Assembly (NCBI RefSeq): GCF_004010195.1
Contig: NC_057751.1
Coordinates: 12,726,908-12,790,907 of the forward strand
Origin: Chiloscyllium plagiosum
Lineage: Eukaryota
Direction of reading: 5' to 3'
DNA length: 64,000 nucleotides
A program made the translations under genes and the position numbers. Positions 21,400-32,595 of the stretch are shown here, in pieces (within the stretch, counting starts at the first letter, position 1; each line of letters opens with the position of its first letter). The notes beneath the pieces are model-generated. The model was not told the origin of the DNA, did no database searches, and saw only the letters and a list, made by a program, of their open reading frames with translations.

Positions 21400-22690
21400 G
21401 CTCACCTGACCCAGGAGAGCCGCTTCCTGCTCCCTGGACCGGATTTCTATTAAACCAGTTACCACTAAGCTTCCCCATTTCCCACTGTCAACACCCTCTT
21501 CCCGCTGAAAACCTGCCCCAACTCCAGCAGATATTTTTCAGACTTCTTTCACTCTCTCTGAAGGTCTCCGCAGTAATGACTGCGTTCCTCCCAGATTTTC
21601 CCTTCCCCTCACTATCCATGTTATTTCACAACCTTTGACATCCTTTTCCAAGACAAAGACCTGGAATGTTCTGTCACCTCAGAAATGCTTGCCAAACACT
21701 GCACAAAACTGCATATGCATGTCCTATCACTCACGTTTCCATGCTTGCCACACGACTGATCACATCTGCATTCAGAAACACGAAGCTAGTTCGCATTTGC
21801 CAACGAACAGTACCTGAAATTGCCTCAAGACAGTCTCTTTTGGCTCCTCCACTGTTACTAAGTGGTCAGCCTGGGTTTTTATATTCTATGCTAGTAAATC
21901 AGAAGTTTCTTCCTACTCAATACTAGGAATTCTGAAGACCTTTTCTTCACTACCCAATGCATGTTTTATTTTCTGGCTGTGGACACCATTGCTTTCCATT
22001 AAAAGGGTAACCGCAGACATTTCCCAACCGTGATGCCACAGTTGATTGCCATGCTATCTGAAAGAGTAACTGTTGCTTTCTTTGTGACATTGCATGACCC
22101 CACAGTGCACAGCCACAGCTTTGAAATATGTGCCTTTCATTTTTCCAACAAACACTTCGGGAGCCAAAGACATTTCCCTTGAGGTTATTTAAATCTCCCA
22201 TACTCGTCCTGTCACCATTCATCCAACACTGTTGTGTGCTCTGACTTTCACTGGTTCTATTTAAGCACTGGTCATTTTAAAACATTCATCTTTACCTTCA
22301 AAAACCTCCATCTGCTGACGGATCTTGCTCTATAATCGTATCCAGCCCCGCCATGTTCCTTTAAATCTGGCTCATGGAGTAACCTTGATTTTAATTACTG
22401 TATATTTGCTGGTTTTGACCACAGTTACTAAAGCTGTAAATATTGATTCCCCTCCCGAAATGTTTCTGCTTCCTCAGCTTGAATTCTCATTCCGTACACT
22501 ATTCGATTTCCACTTCCAGGAACCTCTTCAGTTTTCTCTTTCTAGATGCTATTTCAAACTTATCTCTCTGAACAAGGTATTGGTCGCACAGCCTATAATC
22601 ACTCTATTGTCTCATTTCCGAATGCTCCTGTGAAACCTTGTCTTATAAGATTAGGTTAACTGTGCTTTATAAATGCAAGTTATTGCTAAG
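21400..22690 (+). mobile_element. Fragmented L2 LINE remnants
   Basis: CSLD-like start (CTGCTCCCTGGACC), SDFHW...FK segment near 22240-22310, and L2-type tail GCTTTATAAATGCAAGTTATTG. Confidence 0.5.
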
Positions 22691-22733
22691 ATTTCTGTAT
22701 AATCAGTAATCTATAATCTGTTTCTCCCCACAG

Positions 22734-22855
22734 AGTACAGTACCCAAAGACGCTTTGATCCCGATTTCCCACTTCCTTCCCGGTTTGGAAACAATGGAAA
22801 TATTCAGCAAGATGTGGTCGCATTTGCAAAGCTTACTGCTGCAGATAGGCAGTGA
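22734..22855 (+). CDS. Probable terminal coding exon of SRCR receptor
   Basis: tgtttctccccacag acceptor; phase-1 frame (E)YSTQRRFDPDFPLPSRFGNNGNIQQDVVAFAKLTAADRQ*, TGA at 22853-22855. Confidence 0.65.
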
Positions 22856-22914
22856 ACCTGATACAACACCAATATCAAACTAGTAAGAACAATGCTTTAT
22901 TACTGCTTCTCGTG

Positions 22915-23015
22915 TTTGCAGCGTAAGAGTTTGCAATCCCAGCGTGTTGTGCAGTGCGAGAGTGTGTAGTCCCAGTGTGTGTTGCAGTGAGAGTGTAAAA
23001 TCCGAGTGTGTGAGA
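22915..23015 (+). repeat. Degenerate ~33-bp tandem repeat x3 in putative 3' UTR
   Basis: Units GCAGYG..AGAGT...ATCCCAGYGTGT repeated three times. Confidence 0.55.
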
Positions 23016-23289
23016 GTTAACAATTCCAATACGGAGTGAATTATTAGAATCTACGGTCCTGACAGTTTCTAAAGTTTCCGAAGCATATTCAATTTATAAA
23101 AATGATCAGAGGAAAAATGCTATATGTTTCTGAATGAAATCAAGGCTTTGGCATTGGAGTGTTTTGTGTAATCAACCACTTGACATCTGACCATGCTTTG
23201 CCGTCCATTACACGACTTGAAATGGAATCATGTTGTCATTTAAGACAGGAGGATGCCAATGCAAGCTCACCTAACTGAAACAAGCAGCA

Positions 23290-23560
23290 GCCTCATAATG
23301 ATCCAATAACCTGTTTTGGAGATTGTTGTTTGAAAGCTATACTATTGACAAGGACACCAATGATCACACTCTGATCATTCTGTTCATTTAATAGTTCCAT
23401 GGGAAATTTTACATTCATCAAAGTAGATAGATAGCAACTCAGTTCAATATCCCTTTTGAAAGATGGCACTTTTAACACTGTAGCATTTCTGCAGGACTAC
23501 AGTAATCTGTGTGATCTTGTTCTTTTTACTCAATCCCTGGAGGCTGAAAGAGGAGCGTGT
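23290..23560 (-). mobile_element. Deu-domain SINE remnant in putative 3' UTR
   Basis: Reverse-complement similarity to 55985-56432 and 45410-45780 (ATAGTTCCATGGGA..TTTTACAT, GAAAGATGGCAC...AACACTGTAGCA). Confidence 0.55.
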
Positions 23561-23759
23561 TGCAATAGGGGCAGTGTAGGGATTACTCTCAGTCTCAAAA
23601 ATGTCTTCTCTTTTCAGTTAATTAGCGTCTAATTCAGAATATGATGTCCGGAAATGTGTACAGCTTTACAGGAATTCGTCTGTGACAATATTCACGAACA
23701 TTCCCAATTACATGAACAGATTATATCCTTGTTTCTTGATGTACACCTATCTTTAATCG

Positions 23760-23765
23760 AATAAA
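23760..23765 (+). terminator. Candidate polyadenylation signal of SRCR receptor gene
   Basis: AATAAA followed by GT/T-rich sequence ~20-50 nt downstream, ~0.9 kb after the stop. Confidence 0.5.
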
Positions 23766-24239
23766 ATGCTATATTACTTCGTGTTGAAATAATTGGTTTT
23801 GGTCTATATTTTATTTGAAAGCATTTGTGTTCTGTTGAATTAAAACAGAATTTGTTTTACTTGCAAACACAATTAATTGTCTGTCTAAATAACTACTGCA
23901 AAGTTTGCTCTGCATCAATTCATTTACTCTGTGGTACACATCAAGATCCTGTGTTCCTTAGTGAAAGCCTTGTTGGAATATTATTTCAACGTTTCATTTC
24001 CGATTACAAAAGAATTACAACCTGTTAGAACGATGATTGGTCAGCCTGTTCTTTTGATATTTAGTGTAACTGCTCTCTCCATCACAATGTGCTGAGACTG
24101 CTGCAGACTCAAAATGTAAACGGGGATAATAGATGAAGTTGGGTGTTCCGGAAAAAGTGTATTGATAAAAAGATTTTATTTAGAATTTAAGTCCTTTTTT
24201 GAAGTCAATGTGCATTATGAGCACCTCCATTATAAGAAC

Positions 24240-26343
24240 GGGAAATCACGATCATAATATGGTAGAGTTCAGTCTGCAGTTTGAAAGAGAGAAGGCAAAA
24301 TCGGATGTAATGGTGTTACAGTTAAATAAAAGTAATTATGAGGGCATGAGAGAGGAACTGACGAAAATAGACTGGAAGCAGAGCCTAGCAGGGAAGACAG
24401 TAGAGCAAAAATGGCAAGAGTTTGTGGGTATAATTGAGGACACTGTACAGAGGTTTATCCCCAAGAAAAGAAAGATTATCCGGGNNNNNNNNNNNNNNNN
24501 NNNNNNNNNNNNNNNNNNNNNNNNNNNNNNNNNNNNNNNNNNNNNNNNNNNNNNNNNNNNNNNNNNNNNNNNNNNNNNNNNNNNNNNNNNNNNNNNNNNN
24601 NNNNNNNNNNNNNNNNNNNNNNNNNNNNNNNNNNNNNNNNNNNNNNNNNNNNNNNNNNNNNNNNNNNNNNNNNNNNNNNNNNNNNNNNNNNNNNNNNNNN
24701 NNNNNNNNNNNNNNNNNNNNNNNNNNNNNNNNNNNNNNNNNNNNNNNNNNNNNNNNNNNNNNNNNNNNNNNNNNNNNNNNNNNNNNNNNNNNNNNNNNNN
24801 NNNNNNNNNNNNNNNNNNNNNNNNNNNNNNNNNNNNNNNNNNNNNNNNNNNNNNNNNNNNNNNNNNNNNNNNNNNNNNNNNNNNNNNNNNNNNNNNNNNN
24901 NNNNNNNNNNNNNNNNNNNNNNNNNNNNNNNNNNNNNNNNNNNNNNNNNNNNNNNNNNNNNNNNNNNNNNNNNNNNNNNNNNNNNNNNNNNNNNNNNNNN
25001 NNNNNNNNNNNNNNNNNNNNNNNNNNNNNNNNNNNNNNNNNNNNNNNNNNNNNNNNNNNNNNNNNNNNNNNNNNNNNNNNNNNNNNNNNNNNNNNNNNNN
25101 NNNNNNNNNNNNNNNNNNNNNNNNNNNNNNNNNNNNNNNNNNNNNNNNNNNNNNNNNNNNNNNNNNNNNNNNNNNNNNNNNNNNNNNNNNNNTGCCACAT
25201 GGGAGGCTGCTGAGCAAGGTGAGGGCCCATGGTGTTTGAGGTGAGCTACTGGTATGGATTGAGGATTGACTGTCTGACAGAAGCGGAGAGTTGGGATAAA
25301 AGGTTCTTTTTCGGAATGGCAGCCGGTGACAAGCCGTGTCCCGCAGGGTTCAGTGTTGGTGCCGCAGCTGTTCACATTATATATTCATGATCAGGATGAA
25401 GGGACTGGGGGCATTCTAGCGAAGTTTGCTGATGATACAAAGTTAGGTGGACAGGCAGGTAGTACTGAGGAAGTGAGGAGGCTGCAGAAGGATCTAGACA
25501 GTTTGGAGGAGTGGTCCAGGAAATGGTTGATGGAATTCAATGTGAGCAAATGCGAGGTCTTGCACTTTGGGAAAAAGAATAGAAGCATGGATTACTTTCT
25601 AAACGGTGAAAAAATTCGTAAAGCCAAAGTACAGAGAGATCTGGGAGTGCTAGTTGAGGATTCTATAAAGGTAAACGTGCAGGTTGAGTCCATGATTAAG
25701 AAAGCGAATGCAATGTTGTCAATTATCTCAAGAGGGTTGGAATATAAAAGCACTGTTGTGCTACTGAGACTTTATAAAGCTCTGATTAGGCCCCATTTGG
25801 AGTACTGTGTCCAGTTTTGGTCCCCACACCTCAGGAAGGACATACTGGCACTGGAGCGTGTCCAGCGGAGATTCACACGGATGATCCCTGGAATGGAAGG
25901 TCTAACATATGAGGAATGGCTGAGGATCCTAAGATTATATTCATTGGAGTTTATAAGATTAAGGGGCAATCTAATAGAAACTTACAAGATAATACATGGC
26001 TTGGAGAGGGTGGACGCTAGGAAATTGTTTCCGTTAGGCGAGGAGACTAGTAGCCGTGGACATAGCCTTAGAATTAGAGGGGGTAAATTCAGAACAGAAA
26101 TGCGGAGACATTTCTTCAGCCAGAGAGTGGTGGGCCTGTGGAATTCATTGCCACAGAATGCGGTGGAGGCTGGGACGCTAAATGTCTTCAAGGCAGAAAT
26201 TGATAAATTCTTGATGTCACAAGGAATTAAGGGCTACGGGGAGAATGCGGGTAAGTGGAGTTGAAATGCCCATCAGCCATGATTGAATGGCGGAGTGAAC
26301 TCGATGGGCTGAATGGCCTTACTTCCGCTCCTATGTCTTATGG
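24240..26343 (+). mobile_element. Young 5'-truncated CR1 LINE (end of endonuclease, RT, 3' tail), spanning the assembly gap
   Basis: ORF 25326-26264 (312 aa) with VPQGSVL, KFADDTKL, LEYCVQFWSP; upstream DHNMVEF. Stop at 25237-25239 and a frameshift near 25280 make it defective; tail CCTATGTCTTATG. Confidence 0.95.
24485..25192. other. Assembly gap (708 N)
   Basis: Run of N. Confidence 1.
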
Positions 26344-27999
26344 AGTTACTCAGTCTACACTCATGCCGGGGAATTGGGAATGTGGCAGCAGGCCGGGCAA
26401 ATCAGATCAGATTCAATGTTTTCGCCCTTAAATTCGATAGGTTAGTTATTTTGGGAATTTGTGACAACTTCCGATCTTGTACCCTGAAGGCCAATACGCA
26501 AGAAATACCAATGTAAATAGAAAACAACTTATACAGAAGAAAGGGCTTATTGTTTGGCAAGTGGATTCTGAATTCTAGCAGAGGTATTGTCATGGAGAAT
26601 GATAAATAACTGCCAAGCCTTTTAAAAACTAGCAAGCTGACATTGATTGGTTAAAGATTTGCTTTGAAATATTATCTAACACATTCGGAATGCAGTAAAT
26701 GTACCCGTTCTTTCTGAATGTAAAGAACACAGTCCTCTGCAGTAGCACATGGAGACAAGTGCATTGTCCTGTTAACCCGAGTGACAAGCTGACATAGGTT
26801 ATCTGCGTAAATATTAACACACTGAGGAACAGTTAACAAACATTTTCCAATCGCAGAATCAATTCACACCATCTAAACATAAATGCTGTCGAACCAGACG
26901 AAAAATCGCGGGTATGTTGTCATCTCTATAATGATCACGGTGTATTCTCACCACTGAAATGCCAGAAAGCACCAAGGGTGGACCGCCAATATTATAGTTG
27001 CTGCAACTTCAGCAAAAGCAACCCCATGATCTCTCAGTTTGTCACCTGTAAAGAGCACCAGATAACACAGAGACTTCTACAGACTCAGAGTGATCCCTGA
27101 GACAGAAATAGAAGGCTAATTGAAAGCAGCTTTTATGCAGCAATCTCACTGAGCGGTACTGACCCTAAGATGCACCTCTAAGCAATTAGCTGGTCACCGA
27201 ACTGTGTCTGAGCAATACAGCAGGAAAGCACAAACATGAAGTGAATGGGAGACTCCCGACAGGGTCACCGTATTCCGTGCAGTGCACCAGATGGGAAAAC
27301 ACCTGGACATCCGTGATTCAGGATTTTCTTGTGGTGCTCAGGAATCGCCCCACTCCGTGAAAATACAAAATACAAAACTCCATCAATGCCTAAAGTACAA
27401 AGGTACAGCTGCAGACTGCAAATGACCACAACAGAAATTGAGGATGAGAGTGTGGAAAGGGGCTGTGCAGGTTACAGTTTTCACCAATCCCCATTGTTCT
27501 TATTCTATGTCTTTGTATATTATGGAGTTTCAAGTGATCATCTTAGTACTTCTGAGATGTTGCGATGGTCCCTGCCTCTCCCACCCTTTCTATCCCTGAG
27601 TTTCAGATATACACCACCCTGTGGGTGAAATGAAATTCTCCTCAGATCCCCTAGACCTCCTGACCCTTGCCTTACTTCCGCATGTGTGGACTCTCTCAGA
27701 CATGAAAATGAGAGGGCTCATAGATAACAGATGCCCTACAGTTACCAACTTTCTCAACAGGAAATGCCTCGTTTGAATTCAGCTTCACACCCTTAACCAT
27801 TCTCACATTACGCATTGTGCTGCTTTTTCAAAATCTTCCGACGAGTGCAGTCATTATTAAGTGAGGGGCGGGGTGGTGAGAGAAATAGTGTGGAGAAATG
27901 TAACGTGCTGATTAAACAATTGTTTCTGGGACCATTGCTTTTGTAGATACCGTCCATCCGTTCGACATGAAAATCTCCCTGGGTTTCACGGTCACTTGG

Positions 28000-28012
28000 C
28001 GCCATCCTGTGG
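28000..28012 (-). promoter_or_regulatory. CTCF-like motif (reverse)
   Basis: Minus strand CCACAGGATGGCG vs consensus CCASYAGRKGGCR, two mismatches. Confidence 0.3.
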
Positions 28013-28919
28013 TAAAATGCGAAAGTATCATCAGAGGCTCAGACCTGTTGAAAAATTCCTGCACAACGCAGTGCAGCTCAGGACAATAGAACCACAGTCA
28101 AACCAGATTGAAAGCATTCCGCTCAGCATAACAAAACGATTTTGCAAAGAAGAGGCAGTGATGTCATTCTCTGCTGGAAGAAAGAATTTCTGAAATAAAA
28201 TAAATGGCCCACTGCGGCTCTAGCATATCGGTAATATCACATCGTTCTCTTCCAAACTCCAGCAGATATAAGTTTGGCCTGACCAACCTTTTCTTTTCAG
28301 ACAATCCACCCATTCGACCATGCAATGCAGTTGCACTGACAGCAGACATATAACGTGTACTGATCACCAAGCTTGACACAGCCAGGGAGATATTTCCTGC
28401 AGCATCTTGCTGGGAACTCCCAAGATAGTCCAGATGGAACTCACACAGTAGTGCATTTTGGACTGGAATTCAGCCTGTTCGTTTAAAGATAGACACTTGA
28501 AACTTAACAAGTGTGTGTCACACGGAATTGAAAGCGCACGATCACTCAGCTTTGCACGATCAGGAAGAATAGATCAAATGCAGAATAAGGCACATTCTGC
28601 GTCTCTGCATATTTCTGGGATGTTTGGAGCAGTGTGCGAAGAGGCAATCTTTGCTTTGTTAGGTTCATCATTTGGAAGGTTTGTTTTTGACAGGAGAAAT
28701 TAAAGCCCAGAACAAAATGAAAACTGACATCACTGGAATATGTAAAGTTCAATGGCTGGTAATAGCTGCTTATTTGACGATGATAGGTTATTGTTAGATT
28801 AAAGGTAAATAGGTTAAATACGTTTCAGATTAATAACTAAAAGACGGGTGGGAAATTGAAAAAGAAACAAATTAAAACAATCGAGATGCAGGGCCAGCCA
28901 TATGTTGTCCCTGAATGAT

Positions 28920-29435
28920 AGAGTCATAGATTCAGACAGCAGGTAAATAGACCCTTCCATCCAACCAGTGTATGCCCACCATAAACTCAAATTCAACTAG
29001 TGCACTGGGCTCAGATCCCTCCTAACTATTCTTGTTCATGTACTTATTTATAATTCTTTTAAACATTGTAACTGCACTCATTACTTCCTCTGGAAGTACA
29101 TTCCACACACCAATCACTCTGTGTACAAAACATTCTCACCTGTGCTTCTTTTAAATCTTTCTCCTCTCACCTTTAAAATATGCCCCAAATCTTGCAATCC
29201 CCACACTCGGGAAAAGACACCTGCCATTCACCTTATCTATACTTGTCATGATTTTATAACCCTCAATCTCCTATGCTCCAGAGAAAAATGTCCCAGCCTA
29301 TCCAGCCTCTCCTTATAATCCAGTCTCTATGCCTGGCAATATCCTGGGAAATCACTTCTGAACCTTCTCCAGCTTAATATTATCCTTCCTATAACAGGGT
29401 AACCAGAACTGGACACTGTACTCCAGAAGAGGCCT
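28920..29435 (-). mobile_element. CR1 3' fragment
   Basis: Minus ORF RPLLEYSVQFWLPCYRKDNIKLEKVQK; 3' tail at left end. Confidence 0.85.
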
Positions 29436-30046
29436 GTGTTGTGGTAGCTGGAGGACCCCATTGAGTGGGCACATCTGTCGCAAGTATTGTCTGCTTGAGG
29501 AACTCAGTCTCAGGGTCAATAAGCTGGAGTCACCTCCAAACACGGCAACACATCAGGGAGGGGAAGTGTTACCTGAATGCTGTGTCTCAAGAAGCAGACA
29601 CACCCCTGAGATTAACTGCCTTAGATCTGGTCAGTGGACAGGGACAGGAGGGTTTGCCTGTGAGTGAGGCAGGTGGAGAGATTCAGGAGGTAGAACTGAA
29701 GAACCTCAGCCATTGAGCTTGTATGACAGACTTGAGATGTTACTCCCTGTGCAACAAAAGCTAGGGTTTTAGGGAGGATAGACAATCTGACTGTGGTGTA
29801 GGAAGCTATTCACAAGGTGGGGGAGGGGGGGGTGGGGAGAGAAGAGAAGTGCAGTTGTTGTTAAGGATAAGAGAATCAGGGGAACAGACACTGTTTCCTA
29901 TGGCCTGGATTGAGAGTTCTGAAGGTCATGTTGCCTGCCTGGTGCACTGGCTCAGGATATCTCATCTGGGCTTAGAGGAACTTCTGGCACAATACCCAGT
30001 TGTCACGATTCACATAAGAACTGATCATGTATGGAGAAGGAGAAAA

Positions 30047-30361
30047 CGGTGGCACAGTGGTTAGCACTGCTGCCTCACAGCGCCAGAGACCCGGGTTCAA
30101 TTCCCGACTCAGGCGACTGACTGTGTGGAGTTTGCACATTCTCCCCGTGTCTGCGTGGGTTTCCTCCGGGTGCTCCGGTTTCCTCCCACAGTCCAAAGAT
30201 GTGCAGGTCAGGTGAATTGGCCATGCTAAATTGCCCGTAGTGTTAGGTTAAAGGGGTAAATGTAGGGGTATGGGTGGGTTGCGCTTCGGCGGGTCGGTGT
30301 GGACTTGTTGGGCCGAAGGGCCTGTTTCCACACTGTAAGTAATCTAATCTAATCTAATCTA
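30047..30361 (+). mobile_element. HE1/V-SINE-like SINE nested in CR1 ORF1
   Basis: Near-identical to 4720-5036; (TAATC)n tail. Confidence 0.92.
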
Positions 30362-32244
30362 AAAAAAACAGACTCATCTGAGGGAATGAGTATGTGCTGC
30401 TCGAGTGAAATTAAAAAGCAGAACTTCAAAAATAATAACATCCACGTTACTACCTCGGGCAAGCCCTCATTGTGACAGTGGCAACATGGTCAAAGTGGTA
30501 AAAGTGTTGTTCAAAGATAGTTGTGGAGAAATGGGTTTTAATTCATGGCTCCTTGGCACCAGTACTGGGAATTATTGGCACCAGTACTGGGGAAGGAGGG
30601 AGCTGTTCCAATGGAACAGGCGCCATCTGAATCATTATGGCTCTAGCAGCTTGATGAATTACATAAGTAGGGAATACATAGGTCTTTAAAGTAAATTTCA
30701 TTGGGTGGGCAGTGTGTGTAAGTTGCATAGAAAATTATAAGATCAAAGGGAAAGGTAGGATTGGAAGTCAGTGATCGAGCTGATTACCAGAAAATAAAGG
30801 GAAGAGACAAAATGCCCAAATGTCACATTTAAACCAAGAGAACTTCTATGTATCAGGAAATTTGCTAAAACAATAAATTAGAGGCTTTGTAACTTAATGC
30901 ATGAAGCACTCAGATTATGAGCTGATGGCGCAAATCAAAATAAATGAATACAATGGCAAAGTCATTCCAGAAATATGGTGACAAAAGGTTATATCTGGGA
31001 ACTTAAGCTTCAGTATTATTTGACCTGTGGGAGAGACAGGAGGGATTGTAAAGCTGGCATGATGACACTGTTAATAAGAGATGAAACAAGGACAGTTGTC
31101 AGAATCAATGTAAGCTCAGTTGATGAAGAATCCATTTGGATTGAGGTAAAATCATAGTCAGGGAAAGAAGACATTAGTAAAAATAATGAAGAGGCCCCCC
31201 AATGTACCCAATCTGTAACAAAGAAAGCAACAAACAGTAGGAGCAGGTAAAAAGAATAGAGCAATAATTATGGGTGACAATAGTGTTGGTTCGGTTAATC
31301 AAAATAGAAAGGGTAGCTGCAACAACACAGTCATAAGGATAGATTCTGAGAGCAATATATCATGAAGCCAACCAGGGAGCAGTCTGTCTTGGATCTGATA
31401 ATGGGAAATGAGGTAGATTTAATAAATGGCCTCAGAATATAAGATACCCTAAGAAGTAAAGATTGCATCATGATAGAATGCACTATTCAGTTTGTGATTG
31501 AGCAACTTGGCTCAGAAACAACTGCATTGAACTTAAATCAAGAGAATGACAATGAAATAAAGGTATTGTTAAGTAAAGAGCATTGGATGTACAGGTGTCA
31601 GTGGGAATGATATTAAGCAAACAATGGCAACCATTTAAGGAGGTAGTTCATGTCTCTCAGCCAAAATGCATCCCAGTCAGGAAAAAATATTCTAAGACAG
31701 AGATGAAACAAACATGGCAATCCAAGGTTGACAAGGAGAGTATAATTTGAAAGAAAAATATTTCTGAGGCATAAATCAGAGATTGCCCTAAAGACTTGGA
31801 TAATGAAGAATCCAGTAAAGGATGACCAAAATGGAAATAAAGATAAAGAAACTGAACTATGAGCAGAAACAAGAAAGGAGTATTAAAAACTGACAATAAG
31901 AGCTTCTTTAAACACGTAAAAAGAAAGAGGGATCAAAAGAGAACATAGGTCCCTTAGAAAATAATCCAGGAAGTCAGTCATTGTAAACAAGGAAATGGCA
32001 GAGAAGTTAAGCAAATATTTTGCATCTGTCTTTTCAGTGAAAGGCACTTTGAACATCCCACTAACACCAATGAATACAAGGTATTAAATACCATTTCCAT
32101 TCCTTGAGAAGTACTGTTATAAGAACTAATGGGACTAAAGACGAAATGGGACTGATAGCTTGCATGCCAGGATCCTAAACTAGATATTGACAGAGATAAT
32201 GGATGCATTGGTTGTAATTTTCCAAAACTGCTTGGATTCTTTTG

Positions 32245-32595
32245 GGTAGCACGGTAGCTCAGTGGTGAGTACTGTTGCCTCACAGCGCCAAGAACCAAGG
32301 TTTGATTCCACCCTTGGGTGATTGCCTGTTTGGAGTTTGCGCATTCTCCCTGTGCTTGTGTGGATTTCCTCTGAGTGTTCTGGTTTCCTTTCACAGTCCA
32401 AAACTATGCAAGTTAGGTTTTCTGGCCATGCAAAATTGCTCATTGTGTCCAGGGATGTGCTGGCTGGGTGGATTAGTCATGGGAAATGCAGGATTACGGG
32501 GATGTGATTGATTTGGGTGCAACATTTTTCGGAGTATCAGTGTGAACTCGATGGGCCAATGACTTGTTTTCACACTGTAGGGATTCTATGATTCT
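32245..32595 (+). mobile_element. Older HE1-like SINE subfamily copy nested in CR1 ORF2
   Basis: Same head and core, more diverged; tail TTTCACACTGTAGGGATTCTATGATTCT. Confidence 0.85.

Noticed and set aside
21282..21638. 118-aa Pro/Leu-rich ORF or acceptor at 21389 as last exon of the receptor
   Set aside because: In the required phase it gives only DFL-stop and the sequence looks like an L2 remnant; 22734 fits better. A minor alternative end cannot be excluded.
24199..25375. Long ORFs (259-346 aa) in several frames
   Set aside because: Artefacts of translating the 708-N gap; the flanks are CR1 ORF2.
25326..26264. Active or domesticated reverse transcriptase gene
   Set aside because: Upstream stop (25237-25239), frameshift and 5' truncation indicate a dead recent CR1 copy.
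30552..30592. Direct repeat TTGGCACCAGTACTGGG x2 (CRISPR-like?)
   Set aside because: Only two copies, a local duplication within CR1 ORF1 in eukaryotic DNA; the same applies to the 16-bp duplication near 54453-54484.
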